Origin: Octopus sinensis
Taxonomy: Eukaryota
Reading direction: 5' to 3'
Length of the DNA: 40,587 bases
Assembly: GCF_006345805.1 (NCBI RefSeq)
Contig: NW_021835418.1
Coordinates: 1-40,587, forward strand
Under the pieces are notes generated by a model. The model was not told the DNA's origin. It saw only the letters and a list, made by a program, of their open reading frames with translations, and ran no database searches. A program made the translations under genes and the position numbers. This document shows, one piece after another, positions 38,601 to 40,587 of the stretch. Positions within the stretch are counted from its first letter, which is position 1. Every line of letters starts with the position of its first letter.

Positions 38601-39305
38601 TCAGTGGCTGTCAGCAGATTGTCCCGAAGGAATCTCCAGTTGTCTTCCACATTAAGTGAAGCTATATCCCCTTCTATTTCGTCAAAGGCCTAGAGTAGTA
38701 TGTCTCTAAATCTCTGTCCATTTGCAGGATCTTTAAGCTTCCAGACCCTTCTCCTCCAAGCTGGTCTTCTTCTGGGCAACCATTTAGCTCTGATCCTGAA
38801 GTCACTAGCCACTAATCTATGTTGGGGAGTACATTCTTCGCCTGGAAAGGTTTTGGCATTTATAATCAGCCTCTTTCCCTTTTTCTGGCAAGGATGTAGT
38901 CAATCTGGCTGGTGTATCTGCCAGAACGGTAGGTGACTAGGTGAGAGGTGGGTTTCCTGAAGTTGGTATTGCAGACCATAAGGTCATTTGCATCGCAGAA
39001 CTCCAGCAGCCTGGTTCCCTCCTCATTACGAGAGCCGAAACCGTAGCCTCCATGGACGCCATGGAAGCCCCCGACATGTCGTCCAACATGTCCATTGAAA
39101 TCACCTGCCACGAAGAGAAGGTCACTGTCATTTGTCAATGAGGTAGTCCGCAATAGGGTGTCATAGAATTGGTCTTTTTGTCCTTCCGGTAGCCCTGGTT
39201 GAGGGGCATATGCCGAGATGATGGTAGCTGTCCTATGGTGAAGGACTAATCTAATTTTAATTACTCTGTCACTTACTCTGACTACCTCGATTACCTTACC
39301 TACCC
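35697..39305 (-). mobile_element. Young 5'-truncated RTE-clade LINE (partial AP endonuclease, RT, 3' UTR with VNTR, (GAT)n tail), frameshifted
   Basis: AGDFNGHVG, RNEEGTRLLEFC and SQIDYIL (APE); GKAPGPSG, NYRGIKLL, QFGFVPGKSTTDAIF, AFVDMEKAFDRV and LLYADDL (RT); RRLRWYGHVARM. The tail appears as (CAT)n on the plus strand at ~35697-35722. Confidence 0.95.
35879..36255. repeat. 63-bp minisatellite (~6 units) in the RTE 3' UTR
   Basis: Units start at 35879, 35941, 36004, 36067, 36130 and 36194 (gtgccaccgacacaggtgccagacgaggctggcagacggccacgctcggatggtg...). Confidence 0.95.
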
Positions 39306-39366
39306 ATATATATATATATGTATGTATGTATGTATATATGTATCTATGTATGTATGTATGTATGTA

Positions 39367-39399
<33 letters not shown>

Positions 39400-39459
39400 A
39401 TATATATATATATATATCTATATATATATGTATGTATGTATATATATATATATCTATAT

Positions 39460-39675
39460 GGCCGATGCCAGACCCCTCTGGCACCTGTGCAGGTGGCACG
39501 TAAAAAACACCCACTACACTCGCGGAGTGGTTGGCGTTAGGAAGGGCATCCAGCTGTAGAAACACTGCCAGACTAGACTGGAGCCTGGGGCAGTCCCGAG
39601 CTCCCCAGACCCCGGTCGAAACCGTCCAACCCGTGCTAGCGCGGAAAACGGACGTTAAACGATGATGATGATGAT
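39460..39675 (+). mobile_element. RTE 3'-end / RTE-tail SINE copy, opposite orientation to the long RTE
   Basis: cactcgcggagtggttggcgttaggaagggcatccagctgtagaaac...ggacgttaaacgatgatgatgatg. Confidence 0.85.
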
Positions 39676-39687
39676 ATGTATGTATGT

Positions 39688-39767
<80 letters not shown>

Positions 39768-39835
39768 TCCATATACATATATATATATTATGTATATATA
39801 TATAATGTGTAAATATATATATATGCACGCATATA

Positions 39836-39995
39836 TATGACGGGTTTCTTTCAGTTTCCGTCTACAAAATTGACTCACAAGCCTTTTGTCAGCCTGAGGC
39901 TATAGTAGAAGACACTTGCCCAAGGTGCCACGCAGGGGGACTGAACCCGGAACCATGTGGTTGGTAAGGAAGCTACTTACCACACAGCCACTCTT
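39836..39995 (-). mobile_element. tRNA-derived SINE
   Basis: Same family as 30670-30825. Confidence 0.8.
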
Positions 39996-40059
39996 GTGCC
40001 TATAAAAGGAAAAGACACACGAAATACCATTAAACATTATGTCCGGCATGCAAACGATT

Positions 40060-40100
40060 CTCTGCCAGCTCCTATATATATATACATTAATATATATATA

Positions 40101-40160
<60 letters not shown>

Positions 40161-40185
40161 GTATATATGTATATATGTATATATA

Positions 40186-40216
<31 letters not shown>

Positions 40217-40239
40217 AGAGAGAGAGAGAGATAGATACA

Positions 40240-40274
<35 letters not shown>

Positions 40275-40313
40275 TACATATATATATATAGAGAGAGAGA
40301 TAGATAGATAGAC

Positions 40314-40364
<51 letters not shown>

Positions 40365-40443
40365 TAGCTAGATAGATACATATATATATGTATATACATA
40401 TATATATATATATATATAGATAGATAGATAGATAGATAGATAG

Positions 40444-40501
<58 letters not shown>

Positions 40502-40510
40502 CATATATAT
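40060..40510. repeat. Compound microsatellite (TA)n/(GA)n/(TACA)n/(GATA)n
   Basis: Directly visible simple repeats. Confidence 0.95.
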
Positions 40511-40587
40511 ATTACTTTGACACACACATTGAATCGAACCAGGGGCAGCTGATGAAGTGGAATTTTCCTTGTTTTGTTTGTCCTGTA

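Noticed and set aside
40540-40587. CTGATGA followed by a weak hairpin at the window end
   Set aside because: No GAAA follows the putative stem II within the window, so it cannot be called a hammerhead. It is worth rechecking with downstream sequence.

Overview
AT-rich, microsatellite- and transposon-dense eukaryotic DNA. The repeat families (RTE LINE with a (GAT)n tail, several tRNA-derived SINEs, very long TA/CA tracts) look like an Octopus/coleoid cephalopod genome; this is inferred from memory of repeat families and was not checked by a search. Most short ORFs in the track are microsatellite artefacts. Main content: (1) 505-6024, minus strand: one apparent ~5.5 kb giant exon encoding ~1,800 aa of roughly 5-6 tandem NHL-like beta-propeller modules. 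It is split by repeated single-base deletions, mostly in short homopolymers, which suggests assembly errors. (2) Transposon remnants: an internally deleted Chapaev3-type DNA transposon with TIRs and a TTA TSD, a decayed mariner, RTE and CR1/L2-like LINE pieces, and a head-to-tail SINE array. (3) The most notable feature, at 24.2-30.1 kb: four copies of a non-coding ~0.7-1.3 kb unit, each carrying a 51-nt type I hammerhead ribozyme motif. Two are on the minus strand and two on the plus strand, arranged as nested inverted repeats, reminiscent of Penelope pseudo-LTRs or retrozymes. Several independent fold-back inverted duplications are also present.
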